Source: Phoronis australis
Taxonomy: Eukaryota > Animalia > Phoronida
Direction of reading: 5' to 3'
DNA: 64,000 nucleotides
Assembly: GCA_002633005.1 (NCBI GenBank)
Contig: NMRA01000211.1
Span: 626,041 to 690,040, forward strand
Shown: one piece after another, positions 49,113 to 63,470 of the stretch
How the letters are laid out: the number at the start of each line of letters is the position of its first letter
Numbering within the stretch: the first letter of the stretch is position 1
The notes under the pieces: generated by a model
What the model was told of the DNA's origin: nothing
Seen by the model: only the letters and a program-made list of their open reading frames with translations
The model's database searches: none
Program-made: the position numbers and the translations under genes

Positions 49113-51728
49113 CTGAATCAAAGGCATCAATATATATACTTGCACTGGCAACATTTTTTGTCAATTTAGGAGTGACCTGCATGTCGACTGACAAGAGTGT
49201 AGCACGGAATGTAGGCCTAGTATGAGTCAACCTATAGAGAGGGTGATGAAATATATCGTGCCACTGTTGCAAACAGAGGATCATCTGCTTGCGATTCGAC
49301 GATTCGGGGAGACGGTCGTGGATACTACTGCTATCTTTATAGTAGACGTAACTTAAAGTGCTCAAAAGCACCAATTTCATATCAAAATACTGAAAAACAA
49401 CTGTCTATCAATTGTCCATCTAGAACACCCGCAAATACTGTTCGACAACAGGCTTATTAGCTTATCTCGCTTATGAGCACTTATTGGTCAATACATACTA
49501 CTAAAATCGGGACAACAAATCTCAGCACTAAGTCATCCTCCATTCAGTTTAGTAAAAAGTCGTCAGATATTGATGCTCGTTTTCCCTTGGTTTATTGTAT
49601 AGTAAGGAATGACGAGACGTTGTGTTTGTAGTGGTTGTGACAACTTAGTATTTTGCCACGCTGTATTTCTTTTCACTTTCCGTGGGACATCGGAGAAGCG
49701 CGGATATGGCGCATGTTTGTACAAGAAACTCGCGTGTTAGTGGACATGACTTACTGGCGCCATGTACGTTCACACGTCACACTGCATGTCCGTGGATCTA
49801 AGAAACTTTCTCCTACTTTCTCGTTTTTGGGATATTGAATTCACGATTGTGATATGCAGTGCTAAGTTTAGTGATGCTGACAATGTAGTCACTCGTGAAA
49901 ATAATGTACATGTAAATGGTGGTTTAAAGCACTTTAAAACCATCTAGACGCATAATATCGAAAGTTTACAATTTTCTTAAAATATATGCATATGATCAAG
50001 AACCATCTGATACGACACCAAAATCACGTGCGTAGGACAAATAATAGCAGAAATGTATTTCAACACTAGATCCAACAAGAAACATGTCACCCCACTAAAC
50101 ATGATAGTATTGGCCCAATACTGGATATTTGTTGCTTGTTACCGCGTGTACCGCATACCGGTTTACGTTTCTGGGCCACTAATGGCCCAATAGCGTCCAA
50201 CGACACTAACCGAGTGAACCCTTCCCTTCCGGGCCGCCAGTACAAAAACGATTCCGCCGCCATAATGCTTGAGCTGTAAACACAGACTTGAACACTTGAG
50301 GGCTGTTATAGGCCAGCCCACAGGAGGGCGCTTACTAATTTAACAAGTTTTCGTTTAAAAAATTACCATCAGATGTGTGACGGTAAAATTGTCAGTTTTC
50401 ATGAAATAAAACTTAAAGAAAACTTTCCACCAGATGACTCTCATTAAAAACCGCCATTTTGAAATTTCCGTTGAAGAAACACTTGAGTTGTTCTACAGTT
50501 TGAAACCAGCATGTGTGACATGATAGTGAAGGATTTTGATAGTGAACTTCAGCTTCTGCTTAATTTCATATTTCTTTACTTTGAATGCCGCTCCAATGTC
50601 TGTAAGAGTATATAAATTATTCCACAAACGTTCTCAGCTTCTGATCGTCTCCAAATCCAACAATACAATAACTAACAAATTTTCTGAAGAAAACGGTATT
50701 AGATGTAGCGATTTCTTTCTTTTAAGTACAAAAAACTTAAGAATTTGTGATAATGATTTTTCTCACATGACCTGGAATGTGTTACGACACGACTGGTTTA
50801 GGACACCGAGTACGTAATTTTGATATTACACGGGCAAATCACAAAGTAGTGCAAAGTAGAAATCCACACGCCTTACATTTTATCGCCTGCAAAACACTAA
50901 ACCAAACGCGCGCCAACCAAACAATGCCGGAAGTCCGAGGTGACAAGGTTACGACTGACAAATCGGGTGTCGTAAACTACGTACTCCCAGTCGGAAGGAC
51001 ATGCAAGCAACTTCATAAACGGACCCATCTTCGGCGGCGAATTCCACATCCAGGTTCATTCAAACGGAGATGAGCCCTAACCTAATTCAAGAAACGCGGC
51101 GAGACTGTCTAGCTGTCCTGTCTCAAGGTAAATTTAGCGCTCACGCGCGGGGAAGCCTTGCTGACTGTTATTAATAAATATTTTTAAGTTTTAATATTAC
51201 AACTTCAAAGACTATTTATTAGATTCTAACTTGAATATTTGGTACGAAAGCTGAATGCAATTTACAATTGTTATGCTTGAAATAAACCTATTAACAAAAA
51301 GTAACTGAATTACTTTACATTGCGCAAGGGTGGTTTTACTAAAGTTGCGTCGCGTGGTTGAAAGTTTTCGACACGTCGAGTTTTACAGCAAAAAAACATC
51401 AATTTTATGGTTCATGTGAGAAAACAAATCCTACACTCGTCTCAGTTTTTTATTTTTGGAAATTTCCAAGAGGTTTGCCCATGTCATTAACCTGAGACTA
51501 AATATCAAGATTTGGTGAAATCACAACAAGCTGAAAGATGGGATGATTTTGCATGCGTAAAACAAATTTCACTTGTGCGCAATCAGCCAAGAGCATCGCA
51601 GCAATCCTGAGACATCGAAAAAAGAGGCCTTTCCATATCTGTCTCCATAGTCTACCATTGTTACGCTTCCTCAGATGGGCCATGTCAGTATTCCCATGCT
51701 GTCATTATGGCGTTTTTTCATGTCCATC

Positions 51729-52313
51729 TTGCAGAATCTTATTTAGTTGTTCCACTTACGTCACAATCAATGACATTATTCTTAATCCTCATCTTGTTTT
51801 ACTTTGCAACATAGCTTGTGGCGTACACCGGATTCAATTATAGATTACGATAAAATAAACTTAACTTGTTAAATGCAATCATCGTCATATTTTTGACATT
51901 GGCCACTTTATTTTTATTCCAATCGTTGGGGTTTATTTTGCATTACTCATTTCTATTTACAGCATCAAGGGTCTACTTCTGTATTTATACATTTCTCTAC
52001 TGGACACCTGATTGGCCATTTTTTGTTCAGTTCAACGTGGTTTAGCTCATTCAGCCACCTACATCATCGTCTACAAGACCTACGTCCGTACTCTGCATTT
52101 TTCCCACCCTCCATTCCGGATGTTCGTTCAATTTTTTTTATTGTTCCCCTTATACAAGTTTTTTGTTTGTAATCTGTACATTTTCTGTAGGCCCTTCAGG
52201 CAGAGTCTTTTTGCAGAGTCTTACATAGTTCTTCCACTTACGTCATAATAAATGACATTATTCTCAATCCTAATCATGTTGTACTCTGCAACATAACTCG
52301 TGGCGTACCCCGG
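51729..52313 (+). repeat. Diverged direct repeat pair of about 100 bp (51729-51830 and 52211-52313)
   Basis: TTCCACTTACGTCA.AAT.AATGACATTATTCT...GTGGCGTAC.CCGG occurs twice, about 482 bp apart. Confidence 0.7.
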
Positions 52314-54824
52314 GAAAATCTAAGCGCAAATATGTGTTCCTTCCAGAGGTGTTTGAATAATATGATGACTCCTCTTTCACCCCTTGTATACTGTTTTGAA
52401 GACCTAGACAGATAGTTAGTTCAGTTTCGAGGATTAGAGAACACTATATAATGTGTTTAAGGTGCTGTCTATTCCTAGGTTTACATTATGTTCCAGGTGG
52501 CCATGGTAGCCCTTTTGTCCTAAATGAAATATCACGGTGTGGTTTTTGCCACGTTTTTCTCAGTATTCAAGTTTTGCATCCGTAGCCATCACGCGTTTGC
52601 GTTGATGTCTTGCTGAAACGTGAATGCTGTTATAATGTAAATCTCACGTGGATGGCAGGAAATGAGGCTCATTTTGAAGCGTTATAAAGCAGCTGTGTCA
52701 GCGATATTAGTGATAGTGGAGACATTTTTAATGCAAAATCCTGTGTTACTGTCAAGGTACCTAAACTACTTGGGCCTGTACTATAATTAGGGTTTGCAAA
52801 CCAAAATGCCATAAAAATGATTTCAAACCATAAATCTTTGCATTAGTTTTTGAAGTTTTGAAACCCGTTGGACGGTTCTGGAGTAATTTAAAATTCAGAC
52901 CCTCAAAAAATTTTTTTCAGCAAGCGAACCCTGGAAAATTTCAAGGTCTACATGAATTTTTAAATTTGACTGCACCTGTCTTTTTTGGATGTGTTCCTGG
53001 ATGGACCATGCTTTATCAACTGATTAAGAGCAATTCCATATAAAAACCAATTTTTTGAAACTTAGCACATCGGCTGGCCTTGTCAAAAGAAACCGGAGCC
53101 TGAATTTTTAAGAGTTTCCGAGTTTTTTTAACTCTTTTTACCACCACTTTGAACTTTTTCTGAAAAATAGCAAATAATAGTACTTGGAAGTAGGTGAATT
53201 TTTGTCAGCAACAGCACATCATCGCTTCACGCTATTGAAAAAATAACCATAAAGCAGAAAGAAGAAAGAATAACATACAAGATCAACTAGTTCGGGTGGA
53301 TTTATTGATTTTTTATGTCCTCCCATTTTAGCCTACAGAAGTATCATTTTCACTACTTAATATTAAGGCCATTTTTACGCATTTTTATCACTCTCCCAAA
53401 TCTATATCGGATGTTTTTGGAACATGAATTAACTTCCATCTGTTACAGCTGTCTTTGTTCAGCCCAACGCAAGAATAAAAAATCTTGTCTCGTTCATAGT
53501 TTTTGTTCAGTCAGTTTTTTACATAACTCACTTACACACTTTTCTGCCAATCTGTAACTGTCAGTTTGATTAAAAGACTCTAGGAGGCACTACTCGATTG
53601 TGCAATTATCTATCGACCAAGATGCCAAATAGAACAAATATCATTCGTTTTGCTGCATCAGTGACGAAGGAGATCATGGGAAGCTGTATGAGAGATTTTT
53701 TCTTCGCGGATTTTCAGTTTTGCTAGTGCAAAAATAAAAATTTGTTATAGGATTACAGAAACCAAAAAGTCAAGTTTAATGTACTTATTAGTTAATAATA
53801 CAAATCCATCACCATCTCATTCTTCAGAGAAGCACTTTTTATTCTTATTAAGAGGGCCCATTACCCATTGCTTGGTCAGTTTTCAAACACCGTAATTGAC
53901 TAAGAATCCCACGCACTGTCTGCGGTGCATGCTGGTCCATTTTCAGACCTCCTGAACAAATCCCTGTATATGCGCTTGAAAAAGTCCTCTCAAACTATTA
54001 GCAAAGTTCATACTCAAACTAATCAAGATCTTCGAGAGCACAAGTGAAAAGAGGACGGTGGATACGAGCAGAAGTGTCGTGTTATTGGACATGCAAAGTG
54101 TCACGCAATGCTTCTTTTACTACACAAAAGCGGCCGAGCATGGTGGCAGTGCGCCAATGGAATTTGCAATTTTAGAAAAATAACAGGTACGGATATTTAC
54201 GATTGAAAACATAATACTTTCAGTGATATCCAAGATAATAGCTTTCCAAACCAGTATTTAAGTAATTGGGTGTTGTTGCTACTTACCAGCTAAAAGTTTC
54301 ACAATATGTAAATTCCGTTCAAGCGGCGGACTCAAAACCACAGTTTCTTGAAGGTATGCTAGGTTTAGTGTATGATGCATTTCTACACAACACTTCAAAA
54401 ACTGCATTTTGTTTGAAGAAAACAAGAGCTACTGAAACACAAAGTCCTTTTATTTTGCTCAGTACACATATCTAAGATAGACGTTTCTCAAAACTAGATA
54501 TTCACTCCTATAAAAATCTCAGTAGTTTCAGTAGAATCAATCATGTACAAAGTATGCTTTACGAGTCTCAAACTGAACATAAAACAAAAAACGCTAGTAA
54601 AAAGGGACAGAAGATTTCAATGTTGACCATCAGTGGCTTGGATTATTTTCCCCAAACGGCCACCACTCAGATCTCTCCCCCATGGAAGCCCCGAATTTGC
54701 GTCATCTTCCATGTTTCCCAATTTCGCCCAGGGTGGACCCCAGTCCTCTCACTACGATAATGATGACCACAACAATATCATAAGAATAGACAACAACTAA
54801 AACATATTTATAATTCCCTACAGT

Positions 54825-56897
54825 TTATGATGATAACTCATTCATTATTTCAAGCTCCAAGTCCTTCTTTGAGGCAAACTCGTGGGCAGCAGCAGCATCA
54901 GCACCTTCAATATTCTGAATATTTCGGATTCGAGACGCGGCAACCATACGGGAGAAAAATCCAGCAATCTGCTGCTCCGACAGCCACTCTTCAGAGGAGA
55001 AAACTTTTCCTTGCTTATTCTTGGCTTCTCGCATCATCTTTACAACCTCAGCTGGCTGTTGTTTTCTGCCTGACTGTTCACCTTCAGGAAATATATCACT
55101 GGGTTAAGTCTTTACCTTCTCAGAGAAGCGACCGCTTTTCTAATACTTTTCAGGGACCAATCCTGCGGCAACTTGATCAACAACGTAAACGGCAGACAAC
55201 TCAGGTGATGATACAGCTGTGGTAGTAGATAACATATCAGATTGTCTTGAAATGTGGTCGAACTGAGTCTCGTTCTGGAGGGATGATGAATGAGCACCGA
55301 CATCCAAGTGCTCATTTAGCTCAACATCTGTAGGAAAATATTTCGAGCACCCATAGTGAGTGCATGTGAACTTCGTATGACGTTCACGGGATACCAGCCT
55401 CGACAACAACCCTTGAAGTTGTAAAACACTCGAGTGTTGCAAGGTCAAGACATTTCAGAGGCAACAGTTTACATGATTTGTTGATGACAAGTTTTCCCTC
55501 CCCTAGTCTATAGGCCTTCCATGCTCGAATGCCATCGGCGGAATACTCAAAGTTTGTCAGCAAACTTATCCGGGGATACTGCGTTTGCGAAGGACCTTTG
55601 GGGCATTCACACTACAGGCCGACACATAACAGCCTTTGACACCTCCTCTAGACTCTAGCGCATGTTTCAGGTCGACTGCATTTTGTTGCCTTCATTGACG
55701 AAGTACTTGGCATGGGACTTCGAGGGTGCGATTTTCATGTCACAGATGTTTTTTCCCTTCTGACTTTCACTGAAGTCGTAGCGCAGAAAGGAGATGCCGG
55801 TGTTACCAGATATGTAGAACAAATGAATCAGAAGGGTGGCTGAATGGTAACAATTGGCATTGTCGGAGCTTCCGTTATTTGTGGATCCCTAGGTTTCACC
55901 TGACTTAGCACATCTAGCGTTAAACAGCAAACAGTGAAAAAGTCTTGCTTGCAGGCATCTAGAATGTGGATGTAAGTATGTACCTGAAATACAACAATTA
56001 TGTAACTCAAATAGGTCAGCTAGTTTAAAGAACTACCTTATTACATCTTATTACCACCTAAATCGCAATCACACAACTCAACTTCAAACATGGTTCGTCT
56101 CAACACGTTATTATATCAGTAGCTCCTTCAAAACATTTCTAGGGAGGGGGGAAATTTCCCCTTCACAAAGATATGAAAATCATCCATAAGTACAAAATGG
56201 CTTCAGTTAAAATGAAGGTTTGTGTGCAAAATCTACTAAGAGACAAAGAATGCATCACTGTCAAGCTTTTGTTGGGAAATGGCAAGAAAAAGACTAGATA
56301 TTAAGTGCACACTCCCTGTATCTTGTACTGTTACAGTAAATCAATATACTAAAAAAGAGGTAAAGGCAACAACATTGTTTATCACTGTCTTTTTGTTTAA
56401 TATTGAGCACATCTGAGAATTACTTTGCAAAACCTTGAATACTAATTGAGGATTTATTTTTACCTGGTGGCTTTCACCTTTTTTGTGATACAAGCCGCCA
56501 TGTGCCATGAGATCCTTTTTTTCCATACCAGTCGGACTGTGCTTCACGGAAACTGATGGGTATGAACTTCATTGCAAAATCCATTACAACCAAAACTTGG
56601 TGTGGGGTGAGAGATGACATCAGATCCTGTTTTGCTTGTTCCTGGTTTATCCCTCTGAAAATATGCTGTGTGTTCTGGATAACAGCACGTCAATTTTTGT
56701 CTAAAGCCAAGTCCAAACTCATGTCGATGTGTAAAATATATCACGGCACATTTCCATTGGTTTGCCAGCCAGTCCAACCTCCTATCTCCAGCTCTGGCAA
56801 GAATCAGCTGTAATTCCGATATACTTTCAAACTTCTGTGGCACTTTGCACGACTTCAGATGACTTCTGACGTCTTTAACACAGCTAATGAAGGCCAC
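54825..56897 (-). mobile_element. Degenerate DDD transposase, probably Sola3-like
   Basis: Frameshifted remnants: SELQLILARAG, CKQDFFTV, DNANCYHS, YDFSESQKGKNICD, GIRAWKAY.LGEGK, C2H2-like CTHYGCSKYF..LNEHLDVGAH, FSSEEWLSEQQIAGFFSR. Superfamily assigned from my recall of these motifs. Confidence 0.65.
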
Positions 56898-58514
56898 ATT
56901 TCCTCCGCGATTACACTTATGTTACGAAAATTAACCAAATGTACAAGAAGGAAATTCTTCCAAATTCTTTGCAGTGACAGGAAGTGCATGTAATCTCGAA
57001 CCCTACATTGCTATTGGTAAAGTTAAACAAAGCATGGAGTGTTTTAGAAAATTGGGGTCTCAAAAGTGAAATTTAAATTTTTGTGATATTGCATTGTTGA
57101 TATTAGATCATATATTTTAGGTGATATCTCTAAACTAAAAGAGTAGGCTCAATTCTCTTGTCAGTCAGACTAAGGCCACATCACAAAAATGCCCAAATTC
57201 GAGGGCCACGTTTAGCACTAAATGTATAAGAGACAAGTTTTTTTAAAAGCAATTATCAAAGTTCAATCTTAGAAGTGTCTACACAGAGAATTTCAACTTC
57301 AAATATATTCCGATATAGCAGACAGGTTAAGCAACATCTTGCCACTAGTGACTTGCCTGAAAAGTGGTCTCGGAGTTTTCTCCCCTGCTGGAAATTTAAT
57401 TGTACCTTTGAGTTGCAAATTTCCTTTTCTTACTAACCTTACAAGAGTCTTTATGACCATCAATGTCAAACTGTGTCACCAGTTTTCCAAGTCTGATTTT
57501 TTGCCGTTCAAAAAATGCAGTTTTAATGACATGAAAAATGCAAAATATGCCTTTATAGCTAAATAGGTCATATCTCGGTAACCAAAGGTCATTGAGTGCA
57601 AATATTGCAGCAGTGTACTTTGGGCCAGCATCCCAACACATGCACAAAGTATTAGCTCTGTATGAATTTTTGAGTATATAGTGATTTTTCATTTTCATAT
57701 GGTTTTTATATGGAATCATTCTTAAAGTTTAATGGAAATTTGTTAGGAGAAGATTGATGATGATGACATTGAGTGTACACTTTTATAAAAATTTCGGACC
57801 TGGAAGTTAGGAGGTGCTAAAGTGAAAAAATAAAATTTTCTACTATTTTTATCAAAAAAAAATGAAAAGCGTACACTGAGGGTAGAATACAGAAATTTCT
57901 CACAGACCATTTGATATCAAAATGTTGGGAATCGGTTCGAAAACAACGACCACCCAGCAACAAAAAGTCTGACCCCCACTTAAAATCACAAAATTTTAGC
58001 GCTGAGTAAAAAATATCCAAAGTGCTTGCGTTACTTTAATTTTTAAAAATATTCATAATTGCCCCAATTTGTTTTGATAGATATTAATAGAAAAAAGAAC
58101 GTTCAAATATTTTGATGGCACACTTTTCATTTTATGTCATTTAGTACTCTAACAAACATGACCTTGTGAAAATCATGAAAATGGCGAAATTTTGCTCTTG
58201 CTGAAATTCCGACATATTTGTTTGCTCAACTTACTATAATATAGACCCAAATTGACAAACCCAAAAATTTTCTTGACAGTTAGGGCAAATTGTAACAATC
58301 TGTCCTAAAGCACTGACTCAAATTATTATAATTTTGAAGTTGTTACCCTTTGGATGCTGTGACGACTTGGGTCTGCACAGCCTTTGAAGTTGGGGGTGAA
58401 TGTCTGCTGGTGTTTAATATTGTTGCATTTTCTACTGTTTCTCCTTTGTCACTACAATAAAGGATATAAACATACGCACACATGTACCCACAGGCACATA
58501 CGCACGCACGAGGA

Positions 58515-58515
58515 C

Positions 58516-58555
<40 letters not shown>
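58515..58555. repeat. (CA)n microsatellite
   Basis: About 20 CA units (one CG interruption) abutting the N at 58556 and the exon donor. Confidence 0.95.
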
Positions 58556-58758
58556 NCAACAGTCGCCTCTGTTTGTGATCGTAACATGCGTAATTCCATA
58601 GACTGCCTGTAGGTCTACTTGCCACCAAGGGTTCATTTCTTCCTCTGTGTGTGTACATGAGCGCTCCTGGAAATGACTGGCTTGGTTACCGTCAACCGCA
58701 TTTTCAGCAAATCCTTTTATTTGTTTCGTGCTTGACTGTTGTGCTGCCTTCCCCAGGC
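58555..58758 (-). CDS. F-type lectin domain N-half exon of the minus-strand gene
   Basis: TTTCTTAAG acceptor, phase 1. [10 protein letters not shown]...ENAVDGN...[34 protein letters not shown](C). Donor obscured by the N at 58556. First exon not seen in the window. Confidence 0.88.
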
Positions 58759-60340
58759 CTTAAGAAAATCAAATGCGTATGAACGAAGTGAAAGAAAGTC
58801 AATCGTTGAATATCGTTTCATCAGCAGTCATAAAAATGACATAGTCACCTCCGTGAAAGTCATTAGATGTATGTTACCATTTATCTAACCCTCACAAACT
58901 CAGCAATTATTTTGAGAATTTTGAAAACGTGACAAGTTTAAGAACTGGGCAGCAAAGCCCGCCAGTGTTGCCTTAGCGTGCACATGATACTGACAGTCTT
59001 CCTTCATATATACATGTAGAGCAACTATCAATGAACATCGTGATCGAAAAATGCGAATGTGAGAAATGTGTACTTGGGTTATTCTGGGAGTCTCCCGTCC
59101 TCATAATCAGTAGTGTCTGCTGCCGCCAGCTGGGCATTTAAAATCCTGACCAAATCAATAATTGTGCGACTAAGCAAGACAGCAGCACATGACAAAAATA
59201 CCTTACAAAATTAACACTTTCGCTATCCCAGACGCCATTTCTTTCGGTTACACACCCGAGACGAACTCACGAAGGCAGAAATTCCCACTCAAGACGTTGT
59301 CATAGTTTTCCGCACCCACTGTACCTACCAACAGCTCCTATAGGCGAGTCCCAGGGGACTCTGGCTTGTGTTTCCGAGAACCATTTTCAGGTATTTTTTG
59401 CCTTTGGACCGGGACTGTCAACAAACCGCCCTCCCCAAAATGACGCCCATGGACCAATATTCCGACAATTTTCTACATACATGGTTGTGGGCATACCTTT
59501 TAAACACAGTCCAAACTTTTTAGGGCTTTTAGGAATACTAAAATGCGCAATTTTATCGAGGGCAAAAACAAAACTCTATTCAGGTTTAAAGTAGGTAATC
59601 AGCTCAGTTGTTTATTTTAGATGCCTGCGTAATATTTTTAGTTATATCGTTTTTAGAAATATACATGTACTTCCAACCTTCCAACCAGCAAACACCCATC
59701 ACAACGAACGTGTATTATATGAAAACATGTTTTCATTATAGCAACACGTTTCCAAAAAGAACCCTGAGCTTACTTTGGTTAACAAGAAGGGCGAAGATGT
59801 ACCTCTTTTCTATAATACGATCTCAGACACCTTTCAGTAATTTCCGGCGTCGCAACACCTAGTGCAATAGCCTGGTGTCAGTTAGATCCACTGAACCTTA
59901 CAATGTCTCCTTACAGTGATTCTTTCAAACTACTGCCAAACTCGATGTGGTGATGATCGAGTGGCTACTTGGCTGTCCTCTGGCTTGGCTTTTTCAGGCT
60001 CCAAGATGGCCAACAAAACGACTTCCACGTAGTCTTTGATGAGAATTTCAACTTCGTCATACACTGTACACACAGATTCTTTCATTTTCTTCCATGTTGT
60101 TATTAATTAATATCCCTACAGTATTGTAAGACACAATACTTAAAATAGAGTTTCCTTCATTTATTCATAAATTTTAATCTAATTGGGGTAGGAAAGTAAT
60201 TTTGATGTGAGTTTTTTCATTTTCGATGTAAAAGAATCTTATGAGTAGTTGGAGTTAGAAGACGTGCTACAGTGTACAGAAGAAACTGTACAAAAAAGCC
60301 ATTTTGTTGAAAATTCTAAAGAGGATCTTGGCAAGGGCAA

Positions 60341-61875
60341 TAGGCCATAGGTCCTAGGCCACAGGAGGCCTAGAAAACCACTTCTGTGACCATTTTAGGG
60401 GGGCAATTTAATTCAGGTGTTTTTGATGTCACAAATCATTGTACTTTATGAATCAAAAAAGTTCCCACGTTTAAACTTGCACATTTTTGTGAAATGTGAT
60501 GTTAAATTGTGCCGATTCAGCAAATTTTACATGGAATTTATAAAAGTTCGAAAAGAAGAAAATTAAGTGTCCATAAAGGATAATACTGCAGATAATATTC
60601 CTACAAGCTGTATTAAGTCATAATAAACACAAACTTTGTTATATTTTTCAATTAAAACGTAGAATTATGGATGAAATATGAATTTATGAATGACACCTGT
60701 TGGTGAAATATGGAACTACCATTCATAGTGGTTTATGCTGTTTTTACTGGCGGTGAAACTATAATTATCAAACTGTCTATGACTCACTTTTATTTTATCA
60801 CACATTTACTAATCTGTCATACAAAAACAATCACTGCTACAAGTCCAAAGCATAAAATTTTTCAAAAAATGGCGACAAAAAGTATAGAATAGCAATAAAT
60901 GCAATTGGATGAAGTACAAAATGCCGAGAAATTAACAAGATAAAAAGCCATTACTAGAGATGTAAATATGAAAATAGAAAAATGTTTCACAAATCACCAG
61001 GCTCACTGGACCAGTTACTGGCCTGGTTTCTGTCTCTTGATGAGATGTCTATCCAAGTTCCTCCGGCTGGGATGCAAGTCCATCACACTGTTACTCATCA
61101 TCTGACTCAATTTCATCACTAACTTTGACATTCCCTAGTTTTGGCACTTGCACATTTCAGTGCATTTTAGTCCAGCATTTACAGAAGAACAAATGTTTGT
61201 TTAACAACAATTCACTCTGATTCCGTTTTGAACTAAGAAATTATAGAATAGGGTAAATTCTCTGTAATTTCAATTTCAGACTTCTAGTTCGGACACATAC
61301 ATCACAACCTCTTTTGGTTAAAGTTTCCTCGAGGAGTGACTTTAACATAGTCAAATGCAATATTTCCCCATGCGAGATTATTCGTTGCTCCACAACTTCA
61401 AAGCAAAACTCTTGAAGTACATATGTGAAAATTCCACTATCGTTAGATTTCTGTTTTGACAGTAGTCTTGTGAAGTTTTTGAAACAAGAATGATGGTACT
61501 TGACTTCGGGTGCTACCAGATCTCTTCCCTGTACTCTGATCAAAAGGTCCATGCCATTTCCTGCCATAGCAGCATCCAAAAACAACCTTCCTACAACCAG
61601 GCAAATTAAAAATAGAAAACGTTTTCAGAGTTTGAAAATATGGAAAGCATTGTAGGCCTGTCCTACAAAATGATAGATGTTGACATGTACTCAATTCTTT
61701 GTTACAAGAACTGAATGGAAGTACAAAGAATGATCAAAAGACAGATAGTAACTACTCAAAATAAGATATGCATATACACGGCCAAGCGTGTGGTGCTCAA
61801 AAGTGAAAAAGATATCCATGGGTTTGTATGCAAAATGGTCTTGAAAACAAATTTTTGTTTGAAAGTTAACATACA
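60341..61875 (-). mobile_element. Internally deleted Academ-type transposon
   Basis: TAGG terminus and subterminal sequence similar to 22399-22560. Relics RDLVAPEVKYHHSCFKNF (61241-61585) directly adjoin the C-terminal CSSVNAGLKCTEMCKC (about 61140-61195). Confidence 0.65.
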
Positions 61876-61876
61876 A

Positions 61877-63470
61877 TTTTTTTTTTTTTAAAAAATTTTT
61901 TTTATTATTTTTATTTTCTCTAGCATGGGTATTTACAATTTACACGACACAATAAAACATACAGTATACAAGTACATTAGTTGCAACAAATTATTGTCAA
62001 GTATCACAATTTGGTATACAGAACATAAATACATATATGTAAGAAAAAAATCAAGCCATTCTCATCCTTAACATACACTCCACACGCACCCGCCCCCCCA
62101 ACTTACTCTTAGTAGGATGTTGTCAGGCAAAAGTTATGGTTAACCAGTTTCTCCAGGTTGCATGGTATTCATCTAAATTACCATTATTTAATAAAATCCT
62201 TCTTTGAATATAAAATTCTCTTTCTAATATCTTAAGGAACTGACAGAAACTGGGGATTACTTTTTTACACCTGGATAGGTAAATAAAATGTTTTAATTGC
62301 AAAAGTATCCAATTTAAAACTTTATTTTCATTACTTATGGGCATCCCAAAAAACATTGTTTTTTTGTCAATAACCATATTTATACCTTTTACCAACAACA
62401 CCCAAATGCGTAATTCTCCTATCAATGTTTTTACATTATTGCATTCGAAAAAGATGTGATCCACTGTTTCACTTTGTGAATGACAGAAAGTACATACATC
62501 AGAGTCCACCAGGTTAATTTTTCTAAGAAAAGAGTTGGTTACAAGTATTCTATGTAATAGTTTAAACTGCAGTGTACATAACTTGAAATCATAGGTAGTT
62601 TTAAAAGACATTGAATATNNNNNNNNNNNNNNNNNNNNNNNNNNNNNNNNNNNNNNNNNCTCTCAGTAGGATGTTGTCAGGCAAAAGTTATGGTTAACCA
62701 GTTTCTCCAGGTTGCATGGTATTCATCTAAATTACCATTATTTAATAAAATCCTTCTTTGAATATAAAATTCTCTTTCTAATATCTTAAGGAACTGACAG
62801 AAACTGGGGATTACTTTTTTACACCTGGATAGGTAAATAAAATGTTTTAATTGCAAAAGTATCCAATTTAAAACTTTATTTTCATTACTTATGGGCATCC
62901 CAAAAAACATTGTTTTTTTGTCAATAACCATATTTATACCTTTTACCAACAACACCCAAATGCGTAATTCTCCTATCAATGTTTTTACATTATTGCATTC
63001 GAAAAAGATGTGATCCACTGTTTCACTTTGTGAATGACAGAAAGTACATACATCAGAGTCCACCAGGTTAATTTTTCTAAGAAAAGAGTTGGTTACAAGT
63101 ATTCTATGTAATAGTTTAAACTGCAGTGTACATAACTTGAAATCATATGTAGTTTTGAAAGACATTGAATATAATTTTTTCCAGTCATCACTTCGAAAGT
63201 TATAACCTTCCTTTTGAAATTTTTTTTGGGCAATAGGTAAAATGTTGTTGTGGCAGACACTTTCATATATCATTTTACATATTGATGTGCAGTTTAAAAA
63301 ATTACGGATATTAAAAGGTATTATTGGTCCATATATCTTAATTAACTGCATTTGTAATGGTGTTCTCCTCAGAAACGACCTAATAGACTCAATCAGAGAA
63401 CAATATTCCAAAAAGTTTGTAGATACATACAATTTTAGATATGCACACAAGTCTTTACATTCGTGCAAGT
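61877..63470 (-). mobile_element. 5'-truncated LINE (L1/Tx1-like) ORF2 C-terminus, 3' UTR and A-rich tail
   Basis: LQFKLLHRILVTN..L.KI...DSDVCTFC....ETVDHIFFEC zf-RVT-type motif in an open 263-aa frame. T-rich tail at about 61877-61917 on the + strand. 62107-62618 duplicates 62661-63172 across an N gap. Confidence 0.88.

Noticed and set aside
59900-60095. Minus-strand frame WKKMKESVCTVYDEVE...RVWQ*FERIT as a possible first exon of the lectin gene
   Set aside because: No signal peptide or PAN cysteines and it contains a stop; it looks more like a BEL/Pao gag relic, but too weak to call.
62107-63172. Apparent tandem duplication of the LINE C-terminal ORF (162 aa and 263 aa)
   Set aside because: Near-identical copies directly flank an N gap, typical of an unmerged contig overlap.
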